Both the position numbers and the translations under genes were made by a program. A DNA stretch of 64,000 nt from Bradyrhizobium sp. Its GTDB lineage: Bacteria; Pseudomonadota; Alphaproteobacteria; Rhizobiales; Xanthobacteraceae. Positions 28,277 through 37,708 of the stretch are shown here, piece by piece. The DNA is taken from positions 1,258-65,257 of the forward strand of contig NZ_JAUYAN010000053.1 of the NCBI RefSeq assembly GCF_030693485.1. Direction: 5' to 3'. The first letter of the stretch is position 1. Each line of letters begins with the position of its first letter. Below the pieces are notes generated by a model. That model had not been told where the DNA came from, ran no database searches, and saw only the letters and a list, made by a program, of their open reading frames with translations.

Positions 28277-29174
28277 TCATCGCTGCGCGGTCCCGCCTTT
28301 TCGCATGAGCGGGCTTGACCTGATGCGCTGCATGACCCGGCGCGGCAAAACAGTTAGGTCGAGGATATCCCAGGGCCGGTATCTCCGATTTTCGGTTTGC
28401 CCCCACAACAGAAAATGCTTTCGAAGGTCTCCCACACCGATATCAGCAAGATCGGGATTCAATTTCAGATAAACCGCCTCATCGAAATCTCGAGGCAGGC
28501 GTCGGCCGTCCCGTAAAACCGGCCAATCCAGAAGTTCGTACATTTCAAACCTGATTGGCATGTATTCTATTTCGAAACCCTCTAACCAGCAGACCGGCAG
28601 CAACGAAAGCTGATCCCGTTTTGAATGCACCGAAATCTGCTCCCACCATGTGTTCATGGGTCGCAGCAAGGCTGGATGGTGGTGGCGTCGAAGCAGGAAA
28701 GTACCTTTGGCGAGCCCGTTCCTGGCCGGATATTTCAGATGTTTGTAGAGCGCCATCTGCTCGTCGACCCGTTCAGCCGTGTCCAATCGCAAACTGACAA
28801 CTGTCTTTGCTTCTTCATAGACGCAATCGCGTTCGAAATGTCTGAAGCACACCATCGGAGAACTGGCCGGCGCCAGGTATTCATCGAATATTCTGTTTGG
28901 CGCAGCCTTCAAGCGTACGGTGTTGTCGATGTACAGGCTCCAGTCGTACTCCTGCAGGTAAATGTGCGGGAGTGCCTTTATCCTCTTCGCCGCGCGCGCG
29001 GGGTCGAGGAGTTGCCGCGGCAGGAGTCGAATCTCCCAGAAATCCGAGCGCAGTTCGGGATCGTCCGTAAAGCAGACAAAATCGACCCCGTTCCTTTCAT
29101 ACCGAAAGTCGTTGAATAGCTCAGAGTGACCGAACAGGCAGGTATAGACGACACGTCTCAGAAAACTCTCCCAT
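28277..29174 (-). pseudogene. DUF616-like glycosyltransferase, apparently frameshifted near the 5' end
   Basis: The reading frame stays open 116 codons upstream of the first canonical start (TTG 28912) and encodes RRVVYTCLFGHSELFND...VDFVCFTDD...YIDNTV. The only ATG (29174) is 1 nt out of frame. Removing one T from the T4 run (plus strand A4, 29162-29165) gives MGEFLRRVVYTCLFGH. Confidence 0.6.
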
Positions 29175-29816
29175 GGTGGTCCACGCTCGAACGCTTGCGC
29201 AGATATCCTGTCCCAGACTTCAACGACCAGCAGGGCAGGATCCTTTCCCCAAATCTGATCCTAGTGGAATTGCCTGCACCCGCAAGGATAGACCCACAAG
29301 GCTTGGACGGCCTGCGCATGGGCTCTTCCTCAGTCCGCGGACAACTGCGAGGCTCCAAATTCCGTTGCAATGCCGGTGCCCGGGTCCCGATCCATGTCAG
29401 GCCATGCACGCCAGTTTGCGCGCATGTGCCCCTGGCAAGGCTAGGCTCCGCAGCGAAACCTTGCTGCAATGTCGAACGCCGAACGGACTTGTTGACGTCG
29501 TGACAGCCTCGGGAATATGATCGGCGGGGTTGCAGGTGATTTATCTCAACCGGGGATCAGGTGAGTCGTGGGGACAGCCATCGATCTCGCTGGTGATTTG
29601 AAGCTTGCTGCCGAAGTTATTACGGATGTCATCATAACGATTCAAGATACCGAACCCCATTAACGCGACGACCCACGGCACGCATCTCACTGCCCTTCAA
29701 GCTACCCATTTAACTTGAGCCGAGCAGCAGTCCACTGACGTGGCGAGCTCGATATTTTCTTGCGCCGGGCGCTTTCGCGCGCCGGTCGCCGTTTGGCACA
29801 AACGCAGGGGCTTCTC

Positions 29817-32800
29817 ATGACCAATCAGGCGCCGACTTTCACCTCGTCAAACGCAACCGGCAGCTTCAGCGAGTTTGCCGACACCACGGATTCGATGGTG
29901 CTGCATCAGCTGACCGGCACGATGAATTTCAAGGACAACAATCACGGCGACAGTCACACCACCGCGGCGACGCTGAAATCCGCCGTCGTGTCGGGAGGAA
30001 CGGTCATTCCCGCGTCGGCGCTGGCGAGTTTCAATACCGCGATGTCGTCCCAGATCCTGACCGACAGCAACGGCTCCGGCATGCTGCGGTGGTCGTTCAG
30101 CGACGCCGATGACGATTTCGATTTCCTCGCCAGGAACCAGACCCTGACATTGACCTATGAGATCAGGGTTTATGACGATCACGGCGGCAGCGCCCTGCGA
30201 ACCGTCAAGATCACCATCACCGGCACCGACGACCGGCCGGTGATCAGCATGCCGGCAACAGGTACCGTGACCGAGCAGGCCGGCCAGACGCTGTCATTCT
30301 CGCCGGATGTCGCCCACATCGCCCTCAGCTTCGTCGACCAGGATCTCGCCAATACCGGCCACACCGCCACGGTCACAGGCGTGTCGGCGTCCGGCAATAC
30401 CGACGGTATTCTGCCCGGTTTTCTCGGCACCATCGAACTGATGTCGTTCTTCCATATCAACAATGTCGTTAAACCGGCCGGCTCCAGCAGCGGCACCATC
30501 AACACCACTTTCTCCGCGCCCGACCTCGCCTTCGACTATCTGGCTGAAGGCGAGCAGGTCGACATCACCTACACGGTGCGGCTCAACGACAATGCCGGCG
30601 GCATCACCACGCAGACTGTCGTGGTAACCGTGATCGGCACCAACGACGCGCCGGTGTTTCTGTGCGGACCGGACTCCGAAAATCTCGAGGAGGGCCAGGA
30701 CCTTTCGCCGGCGGGCGAACTTAACGCCGCTGGCGATCTGGATTTCGCCGACATCGATCTGTCCGATGGCCACACGGTCTCGACCACGGTTACGGCGGAG
30801 CGTTCGGGCGGCGGCGCGATTCCGCTTTCCAATGCCGCGCTGCTGGCGGCGTTCCAGACGTCGTTGGGACCGGATTCCACCGGGCACCTGTTCGGCGAGG
30901 TCGACTGGAGCTTTGCCCTGCAGAACAGCGCGGCGAGCTTTCTTTCTTCCGGCGAGACGCTGACGCTGACCTATCACGTCACCGTCACCGATTCAGCGGG
31001 CGGATCGGACGTGCAGGACGTCACGATCACGATCCTCGGCACCAACCATGATCCCGTCATCGGCAGCGGGCCGCAATCGGCCGCGGTGACCGAATTCGCC
31101 GACACCACGGGCTCGTCGGTGCTCAACACCACGTCCGTCGTGCCGGCCGGCACGCTCGACTTCATCGATCAGGACACCGGCGACACCCACACCGTCGCGG
31201 TGGCGCTCGACTCCGCGACCTGGTCCGCGGGCGGCAGCGTGCCGGGAGCGACCCAGGCGGATCTTGCGGCCGCGGTAACGACCACGCTGCATGATTCCAC
31301 CGGTACCGGCATCGGCAGCGTGGACTGGGACTTCGCCATTGCCGACCACGATCTCGATTTCCTGGCGGATGGCGAAACCCTGATGATCGACTACACCGTC
31401 ACGATCAGCGACGGTGCGGGCAGTGTCGGGCAAACGGTTTCGGTCGTGGTCACCGGGACCAACGACGCCGTGGTGATGACCAGCGGGCCGGATTCGGGCG
31501 CGATCGAGGAGCAGGCCAACACGACGGGTTCGTCGACACTGGACACCGCCAGCGGAACGCTGGCTTTCGCCGATGTCGATCTCAGCGACAGCCACTCGGT
31601 CAGCGTGGCGTTGACCTCGGCAATCTGGTCCGTCGATCCGGACTTCGTGCCTTCCGGTACCCTGAGCGAGCTGCAAACCGCGCTGGCAGCCGCGTTGAAT
31701 GACTCCACGGGCATGGGGGCCGGGAGCCTCGACTGGACCTTCAGCATCCAGGACAGCAATCTCGACTTCCTCTCCGCCGGGCAGACGCTGACGGCGACCT
31801 ATGACGTCACCGTGTTCGACGGCACCACCAGTTCGACCCAGACCGTGACGGTCACCATGACCGGCTCGGTGGACGACGCGATCATCGTCAACCCGCTGAT
31901 CGCGAGCCTCGCCGATACCTCGGCGACCGACGACGGCCAGGTGGTCGCCGTCGGCAACCTGATTACAGATGCCGGCGATTCCGCCGGCGACCTCGGCAAC
32001 ACGCTAAGCGTGACGGAAGTGAACGGTCAGCCCGTCGCCGGCCTCCTGGAGATCGCCGGCGCCTACGGTACGCTGACGGTTTTCGACGATGGAAGTTATT
32101 TCTATACGGCCAATGCCGGGCTCGATGCTGTCCTGCTCGGACAAAATCCCGTCGAGGTGTTCGACTTCACGGTCAGCGACACCTTGGGCAACAGCACGCC
32201 CACCACCCTGACGCTCAATGTCATGGGCGCCAACGAGGCGCCGCAAATAACTGCGGCGGCGGCGTTCGGATCGATCACCGAGGATGCCGGTCCGACGGTA
32301 TTGGCCAATGGCGACTTCGAGACCGGTGATCTCTCGGGATGGTCGGGCTTCGCGACAGCCGAGTTCACGGCGATCGGAGGAGCCTTCGGCAACTACTCGG
32401 CCAGGTTGGGTTCGCTGTCGCAGGACGTCGCCACCACGCCCGGACAGCATTATACGCTGAGCTTCACCGTGGCCGGCGACGTCGAGGCCAGCAGCAGCAC
32501 CTTTACCGTGCTCTGGGATGGCGTGCCGGTACTGGCGCTCACCAACTTTACCGGCGGCTTTACGCACTACTCTTTCGACGTGATCGGGGATTCGCTGGAT
32601 CCAACCACGCAGCTGGAATTTTCAGCGAGCACCGACGGGGTCGGATTCCTGCTGGACCAGGTCGCGGTCGCGGCGGTCTCGGGTGCGGCGAGCGAAACGA
32701 CGTCGGGGTCGGTTGCTTTTTCCGACGTCGAGGCCGGCGATACCCACACGGCAAGCTTCGTGGCGCATGATGTCGGCTACGTCGGTACGCTGTCGCTCGA

Positions 32801-33719
32801 TCCGGTCAGCGAGGCGGCGGGCCTCGGATCGGTGGCCTGGCATTTCACGGTCGATAATGCCGACATCCAGTTCCTGTCGGCTGGCCAGCAGCTGGTCCAG
32901 ACCTACACCGTGTTCGTCACGGACGATCAAGGCGGCACGGCCGGGCAGGACATCACAGTGACCATCAACGGCGCCAACGATGCGCCAACGGCGGTCGGCG
33001 AAACCATCGTCACCAATGTCGGCCCGGACGGGCTCGTCGGCGTCCATGCATGGATGCTCGGCGCGAACGACATCGATCCGGACACCTTCGATTTTGTGTT
33101 CGCCAACAACGTCGTTTACAGTTCGGGCGGCGACGCGGGGACCTTCGGTAGCGGTGTTCTGTTCCTCGACGACTCGACGCTGGGCGGTTCGTTCAACTAC
33201 ACTTCGTCCGACGGCATCGCCACCAGCGCCAATGAAGCCACCGCGACCGTGATCAACAATGCAACCTCGGTCACCGCGCTCAACGGGACCAGTGGCGACG
33301 ACATCATCATCGCCACCAACGGCACTGAAACGCTCGATGGCGGCGCCGGCAATGACATCCTGGTCGGCAATTCCGGCAGCCATGTCATGACCGGGGGAAC
33401 TGGCAATGACGGTTTCGCCTTCGTGCAGACGTCGGACGGTCCGGGCACCATCACCGACTTCAACAACCTCACGGAAACCGATTACATCGCTATCTCCGCC
33501 GACGGTTTCGGGGGCGGGCTGACCGCGGGCATGGATGTGAGCGGCCTGTTCGAGACATCCGGCGACGACCAGTTCTCGGGGGCCGGTCCCGTGTTCCATT
33601 TCGATACCTCGAACCAGACGCTTTATTTCAGCGCCGATGGCACCCAGGCGTCGGTCATCACGGTGGCGACGCTCCAGGCCGGCGTGACCCTCAATGCGAA
33701 CGATTTGCTGATCGTCTGA
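29817..33719 (+). CDS. large secreted VCBS-repeat protein with internal CBM-like beta-sandwich and C-terminal RTX Ca-binding repeats (probable T1SS substrate/adhesin)
   Basis: Six or seven ~130-aa modules end in (T/I)xGTNDAPV-like motifs. GDFETGDLSGWSG...FLLDQV domain. GGAGNDILVGNSG / GGTGNDGFAF nonapeptides. No N-terminal signal peptide. ATG at 29817. Confidence 0.85.
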   Translation: MTNQAPTFTSSNATGSFSEFADTTDSMVLHQLTGTMNFKDNNHGDSHTTAATLKSAVVSGGTVIPASALASFNTAMSSQILTDSNGSGMLRWSFSDADDDFDFLARNQTLTLTYEIRVYDDHGGSALRTVKITITGTDDRPVISMPATGTVTEQAGQTLSFSPDVAHIALSFVDQDLANTGHTATVTGVSASGNTDGILPGFLGTIELMSFFHINNVVKPAGSSSGTINTTFSAPDLAFDYLAEGEQVDITYTVRLNDNAGGITTQTVVVTVIGTNDAPVFLCGPDSENLEEGQDLSPAGELNAAGDLDFADIDLSDGHTVSTTVTAERSGGGAIPLSNAALLAAFQTSLGPDSTGHLFGEVDWSFALQNSAASFLSSGETLTLTYHVTVTDSAGGSDVQDVTITILGTNHDPVIGSGPQSAAVTEFADTTGSSVLNTTSVVPAGTLDFIDQDTGDTHTVAVALDSATWSAGGSVPGATQADLAAAVTTTLHDSTGTGIGSVDWDFAIADHDLDFLADGETLMIDYTVTISDGAGSVGQTVSVVVTGTNDAVVMTSGPDSGAIEEQANTTGSSTLDTASGTLAFADVDLSDSHSVSVALTSAIWSVDPDFVPSGTLSELQTALAAALNDSTGMGAGSLDWTFSIQDSNLDFLSAGQTLTATYDVTVFDGTTSSTQTVTVTMTGSVDDAIIVNPLIASLADTSATDDGQVVAVGNLITDAGDSAGDLGNTLSVTEVNGQPVAGLLEIAGAYGTLTVFDDGSYFYTANAGLDAVLLGQNPVEVFDFTVSDTLGNSTPTTLTLNVMGANEAPQITAAAAFGSITEDAGPTVLANGDFETGDLSGWSGFATAEFTAIGGAFGNYSARLGSLSQDVATTPGQHYTLSFTVAGDVEASSSTFTVLWDGVPVLALTNFTGGFTHYSFDVIGDSLDPTTQLEFSASTDGVGFLLDQVAVAAVSGAASETTSGSVAFSDVEAGDTHTASFVAHDVGYVGTLSLDPVSEAAGLGSVAWHFTVDNADIQFLSAGQQLVQTYTVFVTDDQGGTAGQDITVTINGANDAPTAVGETIVTNVGPDGLVGVHAWMLGANDIDPDTFDFVFANNVVYSSGGDAGTFGSGVLFLDDSTLGGSFNYTSSDGIATSANEATATVINNATSVTALNGTSGDDIIIATNGTETLDGGAGNDILVGNSGSHVMTGGTGNDGFAFVQTSDGPGTITDFNNLTETDYIAISADGFGGGLTAGMDVSGLFETSGDDQFSGAGPVFHFDTSNQTLYFSADGTQASVITVATLQAGVTLNANDLLIV
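29850..32990 (+). repeat. degenerate tandem coding repeats (~390-400 bp period) inside the VCBS protein gene
   Basis: Module ends recur at roughly 30.24, 30.65, 31.04, 31.47, 31.87, 32.24 and 32.98 kb (TGTDDRPV, IGTNDAPV, LGTNHDPV, TGTNDAVV, TGSVDDAI, MGANEAPQ, NGANDAPT). Confidence 0.6.
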
Positions 33720-33746
33720 TCGGATTGTACCGTTTGATTGGCTGGC

Positions 33747-33774
33747 GGCGCGGGCTGTTGAAGAGGCCCGCGCC
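33747..33774. terminator. GC-rich hairpin between convergent genes
   Basis: GGCGCGGGC-N10-GCCCGCGCC is a perfect 9-bp stem. A second 8-bp hairpin, GCAGCGGC-AGGCC-GCCGCTGC, follows. Confidence 0.4.
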
Positions 33775-33834
33775 GTCGGTGCGAACGGGCGGTATCTCAC
33801 CGGCAGCGGCAGGCCGCCGCTGCATGTGGTTCGA

Positions 33835-35028
33835 CTACACCACCCTGGCTTGGCGCAATGCCGCGATTTCTGCCGCGGCAAAGCCGAATTCGGCCAGCAC
33901 CTCATCGGTCTGCTCGCCGAATTCCGGCGGCCGGGCCGCCATGCTGCTCGGGGTGCGTGACAGCGTGACCGGCTGGCCGACCAGCCGGATCTGGCGGTTC
34001 TCGGCATTGGGCACGTCCTGGGCGATGCCGAGATGCTTGACCTGCTCGTCCTCGAACATCTGGTCGATCGAGTAGATCGGGCCGCAGGGCACGCCGGCGG
34101 CGTTCAGCTCGCTGACCCAGCTGTCGGTCGATTTCTGCATCGTGAGTTTTCCGATCAGCGCGTTCAACGCGTCGCGGTTGTCCGAGCGCGCCGGCGCGGT
34201 GGCATAGTCGGGATTGCCGAGAAGCTCGGGCGCACCGATCGCCTGCGTGAAACGCTCCCAGATCCGTCCGCCCGTGGTGGCGATATTGATGTAGCCGTCG
34301 GAAGTCTTGAACACGCCGGTCGGAATGCTGGTCGGATGATTGTTGCCGGCCTGTTTGGCGACTTCCTTTTCCATCAGCCAGCGCGCCGCCTGGAAGTCCA
34401 GCATGAAGATCTGCGCCTGCAGCAGCGAGGTCTGGACCCACTGGCCCTCGCCGGACACCTCGCGCTCCAGCAACGCGGTCAGGATGCCGGTGGCGCAGAA
34501 CAGCCCGGCGGTGAGGTCCGCCACGGGAATGCCGACCCGCATCGGGCCTTCGCCCGGCGCGCCGGTGATCGACATCAGCCCGCCCATGCCTTGCGCGATC
34601 TGATCGAAGCCGGGACGCTTGTGGTAGGGGCCATCCTGGCCGAAGCCGGAGATGCTGCCATAGACCAGGCGCGGATTGATCTGGCGCAGGCTTTCGTAGT
34701 CGATGCCGAGTTTTGCCTTCACATCGGGGCGGAAGTTCTCGACGATCACGTCGGCCTTTGCCGCCAGCCGCTTGAACACCTCGAGCCCTCTGGCGTCCTT
34801 CAGGTTCAGCGTCATGGCCCGCTTGTTACGGTGCAGGTTCTGGAAGTCGGATCCAGCGCGGGGGCCGCCCGGCTGTTCGCCGGCAGCATCCTCCAGCAGC
34901 GCATCGACCTTGATGACATTGGCGCCCCAGTCCGCCAGCTGCCGGACGCAGGTCGGCCCGGAGCGAACCCGGGTAAGATCCAGCACGGTGAAGCGGGACA
35001 GGGCCTGCGAGGCGCGGGGGAAAGCCAT
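33835..35028 (-). CDS. CoA transferase family III (CaiB/BaiF)
   Basis: VLDLTRVRSGPTCVRQLADWGANVIKV N-terminus. Length of 397 aa is typical. Confidence 0.85.
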   Translation of the reverse strand: MAFPRASQALSRFTVLDLTRVRSGPTCVRQLADWGANVIKVDALLEDAAGEQPGGPRAGSDFQNLHRNKRAMTLNLKDARGLEVFKRLAAKADVIVENFRPDVKAKLGIDYESLRQINPRLVYGSISGFGQDGPYHKRPGFDQIAQGMGGLMSITGAPGEGPMRVGIPVADLTAGLFCATGILTALLEREVSGEGQWVQTSLLQAQIFMLDFQAARWLMEKEVAKQAGNNHPTSIPTGVFKTSDGYINIATTGGRIWERFTQAIGAPELLGNPDYATAPARSDNRDALNALIGKLTMQKSTDSWVSELNAAGVPCGPIYSIDQMFEDEQVKHLGIAQDVPNAENRQIRLVGQPVTLSRTPSSMAARPPEFGEQTDEVLAEFGFAAAEIAALRQARVV

Positions 35029-35481
35029 TCAGGTACTCCGGGAGTGAATTGCGGTGGCAGGAGGGGCACAATCGCCGAAAGCAGAGGGTTTGTGCAAGCG
35101 TGACCAGGCGTCACCCCGAAGCCTTTGACCGAATTCGTGATCCTGCTGTCAACAAGAGCCCGGATAGCGGTGGCCGGGCGGGTTCACGCCGCGCCGCGAC
35201 ATTCAACCTCAAGAAAACAACCCCAGGAAAGCTGCCCGAGAAAATTAGCAATCAGGTTGAACCTCGGGGCGATCCGGCGCACCAACACAATGGGGTTCCC
35301 TTGTGCGTAATTTGCCGCAATCGCTGCATTTCTTGGATGTTCGAGGGGAAGCCGTCGTAACCGCGTAAGAAAAGGGCTATAATCTAGGCGGAGTGGCAGG
35401 CTGGACTTTTCAGGACAAATATTTGACTCCATATCGCCTCGCTGGCCGTCGCCCGGATTTCGTGACGTCGTTATTTTCATA

Positions 35482-35498
35482 GCTGAGAGAATCTCAGC
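35482..35498 (+). promoter_or_regulatory. perfect hairpin immediately upstream of RBS
   Basis: GCTGAGA-GAA-TCTCAGC lies 8 nt before AAGGAGG of the beta-helix gene. Confidence 0.35.
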
Positions 35499-35516
35499 GA
35501 ACTCAAGGAGGTAGAG

Positions 35517-36266
35517 ATGCGTCGTATTGTTCTGCTCGGTATAGCCATGGGATTCCTCGCTCCGCTTCTCGCATCGGCACCGGCCTCGGCCCAGGCGACC
35601 CGAACCTGGGTCTCGGGCGTCGGCGACGACGCCAATCCGTGCAGCCGCACCGCCCCGTGCAAGACCTTCGCGGGCGCGATCTCGAAAACCGCGACGGCCG
35701 GTGAGATCAACACGCTGGATCCCGGCGGCTTCGGCGCTGTCACCATCACCAAGGCGATCAGCATCATCTCGATTCACAACGCAGGTGTGCTGGTATCGGG
35801 CACCAACGGCATCATCGTCAACCCGCCGGCGAACGCCGAGGTAAACCTCGAAGGTCTCGATCTTGAGGGGCTTGGAACAGGCATCAACGGTATCAGGATC
35901 ATCAGCGCTGCCAAGGTCTTCATCAATAAGTGCGCGATCCGCAATTTCACCACCGCCGGTGTTGACGTTGCGGGCCCAGCGGGTGCCCGGGCCATCATCC
36001 AGGATTCGGTCATCACGAGCAACGCGACTGGCGTCAACGTGGTAGGCTCTGCCGGCGCGTCCAATACCGCAACCGTTATCAGGACCACAATCGACAACAA
36101 CACGGTGGCCTCGGTCAATGTGACTGCGCCCAGCTCAGTGTTCCTGAACGGCTCGACGCTGATCGGAACCGCGGCCAGCGTCGCGGGCACCGGAACGTTC
36201 AACTCATTCGTCAACAATGCGATTGTTGGTACCACGATCGCCGTCACCAACATTCCTCTCAAGTAG
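35517..36266 (+). CDS. secreted right-handed parallel beta-helix protein (DUF1565/pectate-lyase-fold-like)
   Basis: Sec signal peptide ending ASAQA. WVSGVGDDANPCSRTAPCKTFAGAI N-cap motif. Repeating ~22-aa beta-helix coils. Strong AAGGAGG RBS. Confidence 0.75.
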   Translation: MRRIVLLGIAMGFLAPLLASAPASAQATRTWVSGVGDDANPCSRTAPCKTFAGAISKTATAGEINTLDPGGFGAVTITKAISIISIHNAGVLVSGTNGIIVNPPANAEVNLEGLDLEGLGTGINGIRIISAAKVFINKCAIRNFTTAGVDVAGPAGARAIIQDSVITSNATGVNVVGSAGASNTATVIRTTIDNNTVASVNVTAPSSVFLNGSTLIGTAASVAGTGTFNSFVNNAIVGTTIAVTNIPLK

Positions 36267-36316
36267 ATCAGAGTTCTGCCGCGGCAAGGAAGCCGCGACC
36301 TGGCCGGCAGTCGATT

Positions 36317-36351
36317 CCCGCAACAGTCCTCCGAACGGAGGCTGTTGCGGG
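36317..36351 (+). terminator. strong hairpin terminator
   Basis: CCCGCAACAGTCCTCCG-AA-CGGAGGCTGTTGCGGG (16 bp with one bulge), followed by TTGCGTTTG. Confidence 0.6.
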
Positions 36352-36570
36352 TTGCGTTTGCCTGTCGGTCCAAACCGTCTGATAATCCGAAGCTGTATGA
36401 GGGTAGCTGAGTAAGAGAGCGAAAAGCTATTCATTTGAGCTGATATTCTTTCTAGAATCGGTGCTGCGGGCTGGAGCGAAATGCGTGGATCATCTAGGGT
36501 TATCGCCTCGGAGTTATCGAGTTTTCTCGATCCCGGATTTTAGGAACTCTCCAAGCGAGCCAAGCGTAGA

Positions 36571-37632
36571 GTGATGGCATCTCCCACGCCGACACGATCA
36601 TCGAGCGAACCCACTGATTACCTGGACGGACTTCGAGGATTGGCCGCTCTGATTGTCCTATTTGGACATTGCAGCAATGTGGGTATGGACGTGATACCGG
36701 CACTGAATTTTGGCGCTACCGCCAAGATTGGCGTCTGGTTGTTCTTCGTCCTCAGCGCGTATCTGCTGGCTGGTAGGCTCGTGGGCGAGCTGGAAGACAG
36801 TACGGTCCGTGGGCGGGTGATCCTGGCTTATGCGGTGAGACGCGTGCTCCGGATTATGCCGGCATATTTTGTATTCCTGTTCGGGGCGACCGCTCTGGGC
36901 TATTTCCGCATGGACGAGGCGCTACGGCATGCTTTTTTGATGGAAGGCCGCGACCATCTCTGGACGATTCCCGTCGAAATGGCTTTTTATGCTCTCCTTC
37001 CAATCATTGCGTTGATCTTGTCGAGATGTAGCCCACGCCAACGGCCGTGGCTTACCGTTGTAGTCGTGATTGCAGCATCGTCTGCCTATGCCGTATTGGC
37101 CTCGCAGGCAATCCAGGCCAACTCGATGCAATTTCCGGCCTACGCGTTGTTCTTCGCTTTCGGCATTTTGGTCGCGCAGTCCCGAATGGGCCTCAGCAAC
37201 AACGCAGCCCTCGGTATCGCCTTGGCCTCAATGGCTGCCATTGTCTTGCTGGCGCCAAGATCAATGGAATCATTCGTGAATATTTCAGTTCAGGAAGCGC
37301 TTGGCTGGTCGTGGGCAATCGGACTTGGCTGGGCTGCGATTCTGTACGCGCTTACGAGGTCCAGTCCGCTTCAATACCTGTTCAGGAACAGCGCTCTTCG
37401 CTTCTACGGGCGAATTAGCTTCAGCCTCTATTTGACGCATTTTTATCTCATAAACGCAGTCGCGGCAAACATGATGCTGCCGGGCATTGTGAAAGGCGCC
37501 GTAACCCTCGTTTTGGCAACAGTCGTCGCAACCGGAATGTATCTCGCCGTCGAAGTGCCCGGACTCAGGCTCGGTGGCCGGCTGGCGCGTGCTATCATGC
37601 GAAGTGGCAGTGCGATCGCGCCCCGAACGTAG
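36571..37632 (+). CDS. acyltransferase family 3 (AT3) integral membrane O-acyltransferase
   Basis: About 10 predicted TM helices. The conserved N-terminal LDGLRGLAALIVLFGH motif is characteristic of AT3. Start is GTG 36571 or ATG 36574. GC is lower than in the flanks. Confidence 0.8.
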   Translation: MMASPTPTRSSSEPTDYLDGLRGLAALIVLFGHCSNVGMDVIPALNFGATAKIGVWLFFVLSAYLLAGRLVGELEDSTVRGRVILAYAVRRVLRIMPAYFVFLFGATALGYFRMDEALRHAFLMEGRDHLWTIPVEMAFYALLPIIALILSRCSPRQRPWLTVVVVIAASSAYAVLASQAIQANSMQFPAYALFFAFGILVAQSRMGLSNNAALGIALASMAAIVLLAPRSMESFVNISVQEALGWSWAIGLGWAAILYALTRSSPLQYLFRNSALRFYGRISFSLYLTHFYLINAVAANMMLPGIVKGAVTLVLATVVATGMYLAVEVPGLRLGGRLARAIMRSGSAIAPRT

Positions 37633-37708
37633 CATAGCCGCCCGGAAGCGACAGCTTGCCAACGTTTGCAGCCCAGCTAAATCGCACCATGTAATGACGC
37701 ATCGCTGC

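Noticed and set aside
29126-29520. Three overlapping 103-125-aa ORFs downstream/upstream of the DUF616 remnant
   Set aside because: They overlap each other in different frames, are Arg/Cys/Pro-rich, and have no RBS or motif. The region is treated as non-coding or decayed.
30294-34007. Minus-strand ORFs inside the VCBS/RTX gene (e.g. 30294-30977, 30993-31676, 32622-34007)
   Set aside because: Antisense to a gene with a clear repeat and RTX architecture. No motifs.
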